The notes: generated by a model not told the origin, from the sequence alone. Counted from the first letter of the stretch, positions 23,701 to 36,610 are shown. The stretch is 53,181 nt of DNA from Psammoneis japonica (GCA_008632985.1 QPGO01000135.1:186001-239181), one strand, 5' to 3'. A program made the numbers and translations.

Positions 23701-26700
23701 ACATCCTGACTCTTGTGCAATCGATGCCGTGTGACAAACTTGCATGTCCCCAGGTCATGGAATTTGAGGATGCAGTCAATGTTGCAGTCCATGCAACAGG
23801 CACCATTGTTGGGCAATGACAGATGTTCATCAATGAGGGCAGATTAGATCTGTGGGTGACAGTGTGCATGGACCTTAACACAACCATGAGAGTTCTCTGC
23901 GGGCATGCGAAGGTGTCCAAAACCAACCAGTGCAGCTTCATGACCAAGTGCTGGGTTGACAGCAAGTGGACACAGGTTCTCTGGTGTGAATTCCTGATGT
24001 CGATGAAGGAGGTCATGGTTGCCAGTGCACACAATGTCAGCACCAGTGTCCAACAGAGCACATCCATTTGTTGGGGACAAACTTGACTGCATTGACTTGA
24101 AATGGTGCAGGTTCTAATTCTGGTGCAGTGGGTTCAAAGACCTTTTGCAACACACAGCTGCCAACAAGAGTCGGTGTATCACGGCGACATGTTACAGCCT
24201 TTAAATGTCACAAAGGGCGTGACAAAAACAACCTTTTGTCTGCGTGCATGCTGCATTATGAATTCATAGCGGAGTGGTTCATCACAACCACCAGGCAGGA
24301 GGCCAGGGGTTCGAAACCCTGAGTGGGAGTTGTCTGCAGCAACGTTGATCACTGTCGAACGCGTAAAACTCCGTGCAGTTCTGTGTGTTCCTTCGTACAT
24401 ACCCACACTGTTCCGCCAAAACCGTGCAGTGTCAGTGCACGTTAGTAAAGAGCCGCATGGACGCGTGACACATGGGGAGGAGTGCAACACACAGCTGCCA
24501 ATGAGAGTCAATGTATCACGGCGACGTGTTGCAGCCTTTAAATGTCACAAAGGGCGTGACAAAAACAACCTTTTGTCTGCATGCATGCTGCACTTTGACA
24601 GATCATGCAGGGTGATGTGAACAGAATTGATTGCAGCAAAGCCATCTTCAATTGCCATGTCATTGCAGGCAAGATCAATGAACTCTGCTTGATCATGGGG
24701 ATTGCAATCATCCCTCCCCTGTTCCAAAGAGTTTGGAATGTGAGCATCAGCCTGTTCATGCGGAGACACAGCTGGATCATCATCGGGAAGCTTTGGGGCA
24801 TCCAGAGGAACTGACAGGTCTGGATTGTCAGCACTGTAGAAAGAGGCAGCACAGTGGCAGGTGACAAGACATTGTGTCCCTCTTTCACAGGCACCCTGCT
24901 GACATCTGTCTTGTCTTGGTGCATGGAGAATGGGCTGCATTGGAGATCCAAAACCAGCTGCCATGGCCCAATTGAAAATCCGGAGACTGGGTGCCGGGCT
25001 TGGGTGGGTTGTCCTTGTGTTCCTGGTGTGGCAGCAATGAATCTTGAGGTCCTTGGAATTCAGAAGAATGCAAAGCTGCTTCCCTTTTTAGGAACTGACA
25101 AATGTGCATGTGGAAACCCTTGATGTGTGGGTTGTTGTTCAAGACAGGGCACTCATGAAACAAGTGTTTCTTGGAACAAATGACACACGGTTTCTTGGAC
25201 ACCTCCTGTGGAGTGACCTTCAGCTTGCACACAGAAGCCAAGTGGACATGATGGAGGAGACAATCCTCATCTGCAGGTGGCATGTCCATGCCAGCCAATT
25301 CGTCACAAAGGGTGTCAAAGGTGTCATTTGGTGGATCATCCACATCATTGGGTGTCTCATCTGAATCATCCTCAATGGGAGGAACATCCAGAACAGACAA
25401 GGCATTGACATCAACAGCTGCACATCTAGGATCCTCCTGATTCTGCTCCCATTTACGGCAGGATTTGCAAGGATTCGTGTGGGTGGTGACTGAAGGACTG
25501 TCAGGTTGACAAAGGAAGTCAGACAGGGTCTCAATGATCTGAGCATCTGTGTGCTTCTTGAGCATGGCCAGGGACTTCCATTCATCATGTGTGGTGTGAG
25601 ATAAGAACTTGGAGCATTCAGTGTTTGTGATGAAGACAGTCATCTCTCATGGATCATCCAACGTGGAGTCCATGTCAAAGACATGAGCACACAACTGCAG
25701 GAAAACTTTGAAAACAACATGGTGGTCAGCAATGATGGGTTGCCTCAAGCAGGGTGAGAATCCACCAGTCATCCAGCAGCTTCGTGATCAAATGCTGGAT
25801 GATTCTTGTGTGGAATCTGCTTGAGAGCCTTGCATCCATTGCCACAGCATGAGGCAACAATGTGATGACACCTGCTGTTCTTGGGGAACACATCCGCCTT
25901 GGATGGAATCTTGTGGAGAGAGCTCTGGGCTTCTTTGCAATGCACACACATGCATTGGGGCAAGTTGTCATCCTTTCCATTTCTGATCATAAAACCCTGC
26001 TCACCACCTTGATCCTTGGTGAAACACCACACAGGATGGATGCAGCATCCAGAGTCAAAAGAGTGACATTTTGGAAATTTTGAAACCATGCCCGCATCCC
26101 AGCGGGAGAGTTGTCATGACATGTTGGTGGTTCTCCAAAGAACATCTTTTGATCAGGAGTTGAGCTCATGATGAAGAGCATGCCATCATTGAGAATGATG
26201 TGGTCAGAGGCATCAATGTGATGATGGAACATCCATGGTCATAATGAATGAGTGAACGCTTCAGGGCAACATCACTGCGTTCCTTGCGGTCATGGTGTGC
26301 ACATACATCCTTGGGTGCAGTGTTGGTGTTGAAGAGGCACTGTGATGTGATGGATGATGTGGCACCTTCTGATGTCTTGGCAGCAGCAGTTGAAGGTGGA
26401 GTGTGGCTCATTGCAAACTTGTGGAGGGCTGCTGCTAAATCATTCACACCAACAGTCACAGCTCCTGTGCCAGTCAAGGATGAGGGTGTAGATGGCATCT
26501 TTTGCTGGCAGGGAGGAAGGGAAAACTCTTTCCAATCTTCATAATTCCATGTCATGCAAGGATCAACATGGATGTGTTGCATGGACATGACAATGAAGAG
26601 AGACTGATCATGATTCTGAAGGTTCAGCTTGATTGTGGATGACAGAGCTTCTGGTGTCAAATGAATTGCACGAGGCCTGTTGGGGTCCACAATGCAAAAC

Positions 26701-27000
26701 AGAGCTTGATTCACTGTTGTCTTGATGGACTGCATGTTCACAGGATCCTCAGTGCAAGGTGGGAATGCTTGATTGACAAGATGGTCTCAGAGCAAGTCTG
26801 CAACATTCTTCTTGGGTTGAGCATGCTCTGGATCTTCAAAGAATGGGTCCAGATCAAGCATTGAATCTGCACAGAGATCTTGTTCAAGCACACATGGAGA
26901 TGTGGCATTGTCACATGTGCTTGGAATTCACAACAGATCTCTGCAACCAATGTGGGAGTGGCCTTTGTAAGGTCGGGAGATGCCATGGTTTTGCCTGGTG
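20790..27000 (-). mobile_element. Copia family B second copy (gag with zinc knuckle, protease, integrase with internal deletion, RT, partial RNase H)
   Basis: 'CVICSKKHLFHEC', 'LLDTGADIVCTG', 'VDQGGEL', 'ALQGHLEDG', 'RQADDF', 'FLDAAHGND'. Clearly homologous to 5801-9105. Ends approximate. Confidence 0.85.
24146..24592 (+). mobile_element. Complete TRIM (447 bp): 110-bp LTRs 24146-24255 and 24483-24592, PPT, 4-bp TSD, internal tRNA-like Pol III boxes
   Basis: Direct repeats with TG...CA ends; GGGGAGGAG at 24474-24482 abuts the 3' LTR; CTTT on both flanks; A box TAGCGGAGTGG 24267-24277; B box GGTTCGAAACC 24308-24318. Confidence 0.88.
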
Positions 27001-27504
27001 AAAACAATGTGTTCCAGCTCTAGGTGGGACCTTGCACTGCTGAACTGTGACATCGACAGTTTTTTGGATCGCGCCGCATGTCGCGCACATAGAAAGGTAC
27101 CAGACTTTTGTGAAATTTTGCATCATTTTGTGGTGCACTTGTTGAGCGATCCATCCAACAACTTTTGACATTTTTTGTTACAGCGCGATTCTACAATGTC
27201 TTCAGAATCACGCAGGGCATGCACATTTGCAAAAACGTCGAGTGGTGAGAGGCACAATTGCACCACAAACTTGGCCATTTATTTGATGTTGAAGATAAAC
27301 ACATCCACCAATTAAATTCTTGTACTACGGAGCTTGCATGTAGAGTTCCACGGGCCCAATGTCACACGGAGTCCCATCTGGGGCTGGAACGCGTCAAACA
27401 TTTTTGGTCATGCACACGCAGAAATCTGGCATGTTTCTACAGTCGTGAAAAATGCCAGGAAAGCAAGAAAAAAAATTGTTTCAGGAACAAAGATGAGGCT
27501 TGCT

Positions 27505-28335
27505 TGATCGGCTCACAAAACAAATGAATTGAAACAGAAAGTGTGGCACAGAGTTCAGTGGCATGGCGCAAGGCCACAACCTGACAGAACACCGAGAAGG
27601 TCAATGAGGACAGCAGCACGATAGACCAACGAAGCACTGGGACTGTGATGACATGAGTGCTAGTAGAAAGAAGTGAGAGGCAGATCTCAGAGAGATCTGC
27701 TCGTCTGTCTAAAAGGACTGGTCATCATCCGCACACAGTCTGTCCAATGCAGGACAGACAGGCTGACAATGTGAAGATGTCAAGTGCGCAACGAGTGCTG
27801 GGGCAACACAATCATTAAGACAGCCACCCACTGAGAAGTCGTGGTGCTTCACAAATTCTCTTGCTAGTTTGGGTGACAAGTTCAAATGCTCTGGCAAGGT
27901 GTTGGTTCCCCTGCTGCATCATGGGCACAGCAAAACCTGGAGAGTGCATTTCGTGGCTCAAACCAAACATTTGAGGAGCCTCTCCTTTCAGCAATTGTCG
28001 CTGTTTTCTTAGATAAACCAGCCTGAGAGCCCCAGATGACTGGCTCAGGCATGTGTTGCATCAACAATGGAGTGCCAATAATTGCAACATCACTTAAAGA
28101 ACTTCTTACATTAGTTTGGTTGGATGAGCCCCCGATCCATCAAAAATCTCCATTCCAACAGCTTCTGGCATCTCAAGCACTTGAAAAACTTTGTTGTTCA
28201 TTCCAACCACCAACAATTGTTGCCATTGACCACGCATGGTGACAAAGGAGTCAACGGTGGCATGCACCTCTGCTGGTGAGGTCTTGGGTACATTCACACT
28301 CTGTTGGCGGCAACGGCAATGGGCGAATGTGGGTG
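27505..28335 (-). repeat. Non-coding repeat, probably the distal part of another long LTR
   Basis: Block-wise similarity to 9250-9560; 27718-28335 is duplicated at 31546-32161; no coherent ORF. Confidence 0.45.
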
Positions 28336-29278
28336 TGACAGGATTTAAACAAGATTTTAGTTTATTGCACATAATTGTGTGCTCTTAGTTCCGCACGCGT
28401 CACGCGATGTAGTTTGCTTTCGAGCCACACGGCTCACAAGAATGACAACAGCAGTGCTGACATCAACGACACCAGTCTTTCGGCTCCTGCAACCGTCTCT
28501 GCACGGAGACTCATCTGCCATTTAGACAGCAGCAAGGAGCAATTGTTTTCTTCCATCCAGTCATCTTCAATTTCTGTCAGATTAACAGTCTCGTTCAATT
28601 TCATCCATTGAGTGTTCATCACAGTCATCGAGAAAATTTCAACGACGCGCATCGTTGGTGGTGGAAGTACACACCCACCTTCTTCACTGCTGAATGTTGG
28701 ATTGAATCTTTACGTTTGGATTTGTCCAACACCTGCCGTCCTTGGATGTGTTTATTCAACGTTGGTCAGGAATTCCCGAACTCTCAGACATCCGAGATTC
28801 CGGGTTCCCTGCAGCAGATTCTACCCTGGTTGGCAGACAGACCAATCCATCCGCTAGCCTTCACGTGCACACAATATAATCGTCTGACTCTGGCCCTGCC
28901 CCATGCACGCCAAGTCTACTGCCTCGTATCTACACCGGATTACTGGTCTTCTACAGTTCTACAAGGTCCACGGGGACGACTGCGAGAGGAAGTAGTTAGT
29001 GATTACAGCCTACGTTGGGGCAAGGGTGCATTTCCCATGTTTGTTTGTCCCTCCACAGCACCAAATTTGGCCGGCCCGATCGGGTTATCCAACCGACATA
29101 AAACAAGAATGGTTCAGAGGTCTTGTCCACCTCTAGTTAGCTTGTCAGCAGGGGTTTTTAACCCGTTGCTCTCCGATCTCAGGCAACCCAAAGTGTCACC
29201 AGCTGTGGGTTCGGACGTGCTGGCACAACTCTGCAGACCGGACAGGAAGCTTGGCATTTAATTACAAACAGGACATCA
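28336..29278 (+). repeat. 5' LTR (~943 bp) of Copia C copy 2
   Basis: Starts TGACAGGATTT, like the PPT-adjacent copy at 10332, and ends ...GGACATCA about 125 bp before the gag ATG. The 3' end is supported by the fragment ending at 5555. Confidence 0.65.
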
Positions 29279-29403
29279 TAGCCTGGCGGCTTCTGACTTG
29301 TGAGATAGTTCAAGACTTCAAGTCAAGATTCAAGTCAAGTTTTCAAGTTGTTTCAAGCTCACCCTCCAACTCTGGCTAGTCCCAACACTTGCCTGGTTGC
29401 AAC

Positions 29404-31545
29404 ATGGTTCTCACCAGGCAGCAACAAATCGATGGCCTCGAGCACATTCTAGGCACTGTTCTGAATCAAGCTGCAGAGGATCCATTGCGCTCAGCCCTCA
29501 GCATTGACGGCACTGACTCGCGCCAGGATCTCTTCACTTTTACTCTGATGCAACTGGATGCCCTGGTTTACAACGATGGCACCAATCAAATGCCCTTGCC
29601 ACGCGGCTACAAAGCACAGATGGCTGCGCTGATTAGTCTGTACACAGTAAAAGTGCACAGCAGCACCGATGTCAGCAATGATCCCCACTTGTTCACACTT
29701 GAGGAGTGCACTGACTGTCATCTTAGTCCCAAGCATGTGGCGTCCCTCTCCATGGGCACAGCGCCATCTGCTCCCACTCCTGGCTCGTTGCCACCAAAAC
29801 CACATGACCCCGTGCGTGACTTTAAATGAGGAATCAAACATGGTCCACTTGCCTTTGCGACTCTCACGTCAGACAAACTGTGGCACACGTGGCACACCTC
29901 TGTTGTTGCACAGGCCCACTCCCAGGACGTCGACCACATTCTCGATCCAATGTACAAGCCCTCTGCAGCTGAGGACAAGGCCCTGTTCGATGATCAACAG
30001 AAGTGCATGTTCGCCACATTCAAATGCATCTTGCAGAATGACAAAGGCAAGGCACTTGTTCATGAACATGTTGGCTCCTCTGATGCTCAAGCAGTGTGTC
30101 GTGACCTGTCCAAGTGCACCCTTGCATCTGCTCATGCATCCCTGGAGTCCTCGACCCTTCTCATGTACCTCACCACTGCCTGCCTTGGTGATGGCAGCTG
30201 GAAAGGATCCACTCATGCCTTCACACTTCACTGGCAGGACCAGCTTTGCAAGTGTGAAGCTCTCATCAAGGGTGCGGACCACTTCTCTGATGGCCAGAAA
30301 TGCATCATACTTGAGAACACCGTTCATCCCATCAAAGAACTCTGATTGGTCAAGAATCAGGCTGATCAGTTCTGCACACACAATGGCATGGGTCTTTCAC
30401 ATGAACAGTGCTGTGGGCTCCTGCTTTCAGCAGCGGCTCAGTGCAACAGCACATTCACCCCCAAGACGGCTCCACGCGCCCCACGCTGTGCCATCTACAA
30501 ACATGACCTGGCTCCCGACAACCCTGATGACGATGTGTTCTTTGACATTGACAGTGACATTGACATCATTCAGGCATGTGCTGCTCAAACCCATGGTTCT
30601 TCTCTCACCAGGGAACAGTGGTGCCACATTTTGCCAGACCACCAGCACATTTGGGACAGCCTGCCACAGTCCACCAAGGCTGCCATCCTTGGATTGCGCA
30701 CCCCCTCTTCTGGCAAATGCCACGAGTCAGAAGCTGTCAGCCTCCACGACCATCTTGGAAGCGATGGCGACATCGATTTGTACGCCAACACTCATGATCT
30801 TACCTCAACCACTGCACCACCCACTGATGCACACGACAAAATGGACAACAACCTCATCCTGGCAAATGTCATGAAGTGCAAGCCCTCTGCCGCCTGGTGA
30901 TCTGCAGCGTCTTCTTTCACCCAACATCAGCCTGCTCCTGCGCTTTCAATGGTGGGAACTTGTGTGCTGCCACCTCAACAATTCTGACTGGCCGTCCGAA
31001 TCCTGCAAGTTGCCTGGTTGCTTCGTTGGCATTGCCAAACATGTCGGTCATTAGATGACATTCAAGATCCTCACTGACCACACTCAGAAGATTCTCTGCC
31101 GCTTGAACGTACATTCCACCCATGATCCGTCCACCCCAAACCTGCGTCTTGACCCTCCTGATGCAGAATCTGCTGATCCTGTCATTAAATTCTGACATGA
31201 CTCCAAGGATTCCCCAGATTAACCAGATGGGGAGGGGATCAGGATGCCCAAAATGCCAGTCTTTGACCCCGAGGATGTCATCGGACGCACCTTCCTCATG
31301 AAGCCACAAGAGGACAGACAATGCCACAGAGCCTGCATCGTCAAAGCCATTGAGGACCACATCTGGAAAATTCAAGACAACCCCGAACTAGTCAAGTTCA
31401 TTTGCTCCATCAACAATGACGAACATGAGGAAGTCCTGGCCTGCAATGACATCATGCACCACATCAAGCAAGAAGACGAGGACACCACCCTCTGGAAGTT
31501 CCAATGCCTTGCATCGCATGAAGGACCATTGTAACCTCATGATCC
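29404..31545 (+). mobile_element. Copia family C copy 2: gag plus post-integrase fragment (large deletion at ~30915)
   Basis: Proteins align with 12140-15040 ('MVLTRQQQ', 'MYKPSAAEDKALF', 'MPKMPVFDPED'); premature stops. Confidence 0.85.
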
Positions 31546-32409
31546 CTGGTCATCATCCGCACACAGTCTGTCCATTGCAGGACAGACAGGCTGACAATGT
31601 GAAGATGTCAAGTGTGCAATGAGTGCTGGGGCAACACAATCATTATGACAGCCACCCACTGAGAAGTTGTGGTGCTTCACAAATTGTCTTGCTAGTTTGG
31701 GTGATAAGTTCAAATGCTCTGGCAAGGTGTTGGTTCCCCTGCTGCATCATGGGCACAGCAAAACCTGGAGAGTGCGTTTCGTGGCTCAAACCAAACATTT
31801 GAGGAGCCTCTCCTTTCAGCAATTGTCTCTGTTTTCTTAGATGAACCAGCCTGAGAGCCCCAGATGACTGGCTCAGGCATGTGTTGCATCAACAATGGAA
31901 TGCCAACAATTACAACATCACTTAAAGAACTTCTTACATTAGTTTGGTTGGATGAGCCCCTGATCCATCAAAAATCTCCATTCCAACAGCTTCCGGCATC
32001 TCAAGCACTTGAAAAACTTTGTTGTTCATTCCAACCACCAACAATTATTGCCATTGACCACGCATGGTGATAAAGGAGTCAACGGTGGCATGCACCTCTG
32101 CTGGTGAGGTCTTGGGCACATTCGCACTCTGTTGGCTAAACGGCAATGGGCAAATGTGGGTGTGACAGGATTTAAACAAGATTTTAGTTTATCACACATA
32201 ATTATGTGTGCTCTGAGTTCTGCATGCGTCGCGCGATGCAGTTTGCTTTCGAGCCACACGGCTCACAAGAATAACAACAGCAGCACCGATGTCAACAACA
32301 CCAGTCTTTCAGCTCCTGCAACGGTCTCTGCATGGAGACTCATCTGCTGTTTAGACAGCAGTAAGGAGTAATTGTTTTCTTCCACCCAGTCATCTTCAAT
32401 TTCTGTCAG
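31546..32409 (+). repeat. Direct ~864-bp duplication of 27718-28580
   Basis: Near-identical sequence and ORF translations; includes the LTR start junction. Confidence 0.9.
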
Positions 32410-33319
32410 GGTGAGTCAGTGAGGTGCAAAAAACATCACTCAAATCGAAACTTTGAGGAGGAATCGCCACACAGTGTCCTTCCATTGGGGGTAAAAGAGA
32501 CTGTTGTACCCCGATTCCTCCTCAATTGTCAACATTGACGACCTCGGAACAGTACATTCATCATGGTTGATGGCTTTTTTTCCCACACAAAAAGCACGGA
32601 GAACGCGGATGACGGACAAGCAAAAATCAAAAACATTCAGTCGATTTGTTGGAGCTGTGCAATGCAACTCTCAAGTGCAGTCTGCTTGCTCTAACATGTG
32701 CTGGGGGTACATACGAAATTTCAGTATATGTTATAGAGAGGGTGTGTGTTATCCCTCCCTGGCACAAATCTACGTAAATTGATCCTGCACACGTAGAAGC
32801 TGCACGAGGTTTTACACAGGGCCCCAGCAGATCTTGCGCATGCGCCAGTGCACCAAAAGTAATAAGAAAGGGCATTATTTACAGGTAACGGGGAAAAAAT
32901 GGTCTCCATACGGTGCAGTCCACACCGGTACTACTATGTACATACGCAGCACAGTGGCCATCGCCGAACACCTCTCTCGTCTGTCGTCACTGCAGCACTC
33001 GTTGGCCCTTTTCAAAGAGTCCCTCCCTTCATCAATTCTTTGCTTCTACCACAAAGACGACCAGGACTAGTTCTTAGAGGTATGTCATTGCCAATGAGGA
33101 TGTTTAGAGTCATTGCAAGTCTAGTCTAATGAGCCTTCATCACCTCAAACATGGTCTTAGAACAGTGATGTCTGGCCTTCGTCCGTGGGGGTCAACGCAC
33201 GCACGCACACGCATGCATTCATTCCTTCCAAAGTCGTACAGCTCATAAAGCCTATTGTCATCCTTCAGTACGTAGGGTGTTCTTGTCTGGTGAAGAAGGC
33301 GAGAGGGTAAAGAGGAACG

Positions 33320-35370
33320 ATGGAAACGATGAGATGGGCCGAGCCGGGTTCGCCGCATGACGGTGGTGGGCCGCCCACTATCAAGAACCACTCGGTGACC
33401 TACTTCAATGCGTAAGTACTCCAATCGCTTCCCTGCCGCAATTCCACCTTCTATCTCTCTATCTCACAATCGACGATTCAACAACACCGCTTTGTAAGCC
33501 ACCTTTATTGCTTTGGAGGTTATGATGGGAGGCGCAATCACATGACTTTATTGCTTTACTCGATTCACTATCAGACATGGATTGCTCCCCTTACGATTCA
33601 CGCTGGGGAAGAGGCATCTTTTGCAACTGGCTCTCCAGGTGATGTTGTTCTTACGGGCACACCTCCACCCGGCCGAAACGGCCACACAGCGACCTTAGCG
33701 GTAGATCCTGGGTTCCACGAGAATGGACGAATTATTATTATCGGTGGGTGGCTGGGAACTGGACCCCTGGCGGCGTCCGACATGTATGTTCTTGATGTTA
33801 CTAATTGCCAAGGCCGCCATTCCCTTCGATGGTATCAGCCAGTTGTAAAAGGAACCCCCCCTGGCCCGTGCAACATGCACAGTGCAGATTATCTTGCGTC
33901 GCGCAGGGAAGTGTATGTGTTCCGTGGAGGGAACGGGCGTGAATACCTGAATGACCTACACGCGCTTAACGTCGACACGTACACTTGGCGGAAAGTGACT
34001 ACCTCAGGATCTTTGCCCCAACAGAGAGCTAATCATTCGAGCGCAGTTCTCGATGAAACCGCTGAATTGTTCATTTTTGGCGGGTGGTAAGTGGAATATG
34101 TTCGTTCTTATTGCGTTGGAACGTGCTGCTTTAACGCTGTCCTGTCTGAACTCCTTTCTTAAAGGAACGGAAAGGAACGTCTGAACGACATCCATGTACT
34201 GAACACGGAGAATTCCACATGGACCTGCCCCGAAGTCGATGGCGTCCTACCTCACCCCCGGGCTGGAATGACCTTGACGGCGCTTCGGGGACGTTTGTAC
34301 CTTTTCGGAGGCAGTGGAACGAGTTCGAAATGCTTCCAAGATCTCCAAATACTCGACCGCAAGGATATGGTATGTTTTGCGCTCCCAGTGTTCCATTGAA
34401 TTGCAGTGTATTGACTCGCCTCTTCTGTGATTTGTAGAGATGGTTGGACGTGGTGCAGCACGAGGAGGCTCCAGCGACGGATTCGTTCATCCGACACGTA
34501 GATTCCAATGGTAATCGTGATTCAGCGACGCGATCACTGAGATCAAACGGCAGCCAGGCGCGAGGTGCAACCAGGGACGAGACGAACACTACGCGAGTCG
34601 GCATCGCTGACAACGCTATGTCTGAATCATCGTCCCCTACGAACAACGGCGTAATAGCCCCATTTGGGTTGGGCTTTGATGCTACCCCCAACCCTAATGA
34701 CGAAGATGGTCTGGCAACAGTTGTTGTTCACGGGCCTGGTCCAGGTCGCAGAGCGGGACACACTGCCACTGCTGTGAATCGGAGGATATATGTTTTCGGT
34801 GGATCATGTGGATCCGACTATCTGAATGACTTCTTTGTACTTGATACCGACCCCCCTCCTCGAGCCATCGTTTCAGAACCCACAAGCCTGCAGCGTTTAG
34901 AGCGATCTCTGCGTCGTTTTCACGACAATGACGAGTTTTCTGATGTGACGTTTGTGGTGGAGGGTCAGAGAGTGTACGGGCATAAGTTGGTTCTATCGGT
35001 TGTCTCGGATTGCTTTCGTGCGATGTTCACAACTGGCTTCCGAGAAAGTGAGGCTGGAGCAGAGATCGAAATTCCAAATTGCTCGTATCATGCTTTTCTG
35101 GCCATGATGGAATATATATATACTGGGCAGACGCCGATTGCTGAAGTGTCTCGTGAAGGTAGCGAAGGGATAGATAAAGTCGTGGATTTGTTGGAACTTG
35201 CTGATCAATTTTTTCTGGACCATTTAAAGCAACTGTGCGAGAAGATACTTCAACCGATGGTGAATCATGACACGGCAGAGTACTTGCTTCATGTGTCGCA
35301 GAAAACAAATGCACCTCAGCTGCTATCAGTATGTGAACACTACCAGAGGAATCAAGGCGGCGTTAGATAA
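33320..35370 (+). CDS. Kelch-repeat plus BTB/POZ protein (LZTR1-like architecture); join(33320..33411,33499..34086,34165..34369,34438..35370), 605 aa
   Basis: Three GT-AG introns (GTAAGT, GTAAGT, GTATGT donors) give a continuous 1818-nt frame. Kelch motifs 'LYCFGGYDG', 'IIIIGGW', 'LFIFGGWNG', 'LYLFGGSG', 'IYVFGGS'. BTB 'FSDVTFVVEGQRVYGHKLVLS...FRAMF...EYIYTG'. Confidence 0.93.
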
Positions 35371-35752
35371 TGGTCTCCATCATGGCTTTTTGGATATCTT
35401 CAAGTGTTAATGTAGTCATGAATGAGTTTGGAAGCATTGTGATTGTACTTTATGTTGGGGATTGGCTTGGTCGTGTCTCTTAACATTCATACTCTACCGA
35501 AACTTCTCCTAGGGCCCTATTAGCTATGCTTATTGCTTATGTTTAACAATCCACTAGTCTCGTTGAACACGATGCAGTTGGCGATGTGTAATGACGTGTG
35601 TTCATGCGGTTCCAACTCGAGCACTTGGCATCCGAGCACCCCACATCTTTTTCTGGTCAACAGGAGCTGCTTAGCTCTAGCCGCCATCAGTCTTGACGTA
35701 CGACAAGCGGGATAACCTACTGAAAAAATGAACCAGATATTCACCGCAGCAG

Positions 35753-36610
35753 TCAAAATTGCCCTGTCAGAAATGCCCACAACTCAACATTCAATACGTC
35801 AAAGTTTTCTTCGTCGCAAAGAGGTTCATTATCGAACGTGTCACAGGTTCCGGTTGAGCCCCGTTGAAAATCCTGCTCAATGCATAAACCGAACGAGCCC
35901 TTATCTCCACCACCTCCAAACGCCAACATTTTATGACCGACATCACAAAGCTGGATGTAACGATTAAGCCCAGTCCACTTGAAGACACGGAGTTGTCCTT
36001 CGGTGAAACGGTACAAAAAGGCCTGGGCACTTCCATAGAAACACGCACCTACTGCAAGCGAATGATGCTGAGACACCCAAGGGCTGTCCGCGAAGCCTCC
36101 AAAGACATCCCCACGGGTTGTTTTTAGTACCAATAGCGTTCTCGCAGCCCCTTCAACTAGGTGCATGAAGGCATCGAAGGAGTCGCCGTCGCGCGCCAAA
36201 CTGTACAGGCGACTCCAGCGGCAGTGAGCTACACTTGCCGGAAGAGCGTCGTTCGCAATTCTAAGCATCTGATCTTCGCTAAGTATGTACGGACAAAATG
36301 GGTGAGAGCTATTAGGCTCGTCATCAATGCGGATGCCAGCAATCCAGGTGTCAGTTCGCTCATTGTCCATCTCAACGCTCACTGACATCCCCTTGCCCGA
36401 CATTGTTGTAGTCGGTATGGATACTTTCAGATCTACACATGACACTGGTGGACACGCTGCGACTGCCGACCCTTGTTGAAGCCGTCTTCGTTGATCTTCG
36501 ACTTGAGTCTCAAGCAAATGTCGCTGACGCCTCTCACGCTGTAGCTGAAGAAACCTCATCCCTGCTCCAAAGAAGCCGATTTCCGATGACGCCGCAGCGT
36601 CATCCGTCAT
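35753..36610 (-). CDS. TLDc-domain protein (OXR1/TLDc family), 285 aa
   Basis: 'WSRLYSLARDGDSF', 'GDVFGGF', 'FYGSAQAFLY', 'LAFGGG', 'GSTGTCDTFDNEPL', 'VELWAF'; first ATG at 36610. Confidence 0.92.
   Translation of the reverse strand: MTDDAAASSEIGFFGAGMRFLQLQRERRQRHLLETQVEDQRRRLQQGSAVAACPPVSCVDLKVSIPTTTMSGKGMSVSVEMDNERTDTWIAGIRIDDEPNSSHPFCPYILSEDQMLRIANDALPASVAHCRWSRLYSLARDGDSFDAFMHLVEGAARTLLVLKTTRGDVFGGFADSPWVSQHHSLAVGACFYGSAQAFLYRFTEGQLRVFKWTGLNRYIQLCDVGHKMLAFGGGGDKGSFGLCIEQDFQRGSTGTCDTFDNEPLCDEENFDVLNVELWAFLTGQF

Noticed and set aside
24260..24330. Bona fide tRNA gene
   Set aside because: A and B boxes are present, but I could not fold a convincing anticodon arm or acceptor stem; it lies inside a TRIM.
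29669..30874. 401-aa ORF
   Set aside because: Alternative frame over Copia C gag; no independent protein signal.
32440..33300. Third host gene in the island
   Set aside because: Only short ORFs with no recognisable domain and no convincing exon chain; left uncalled.
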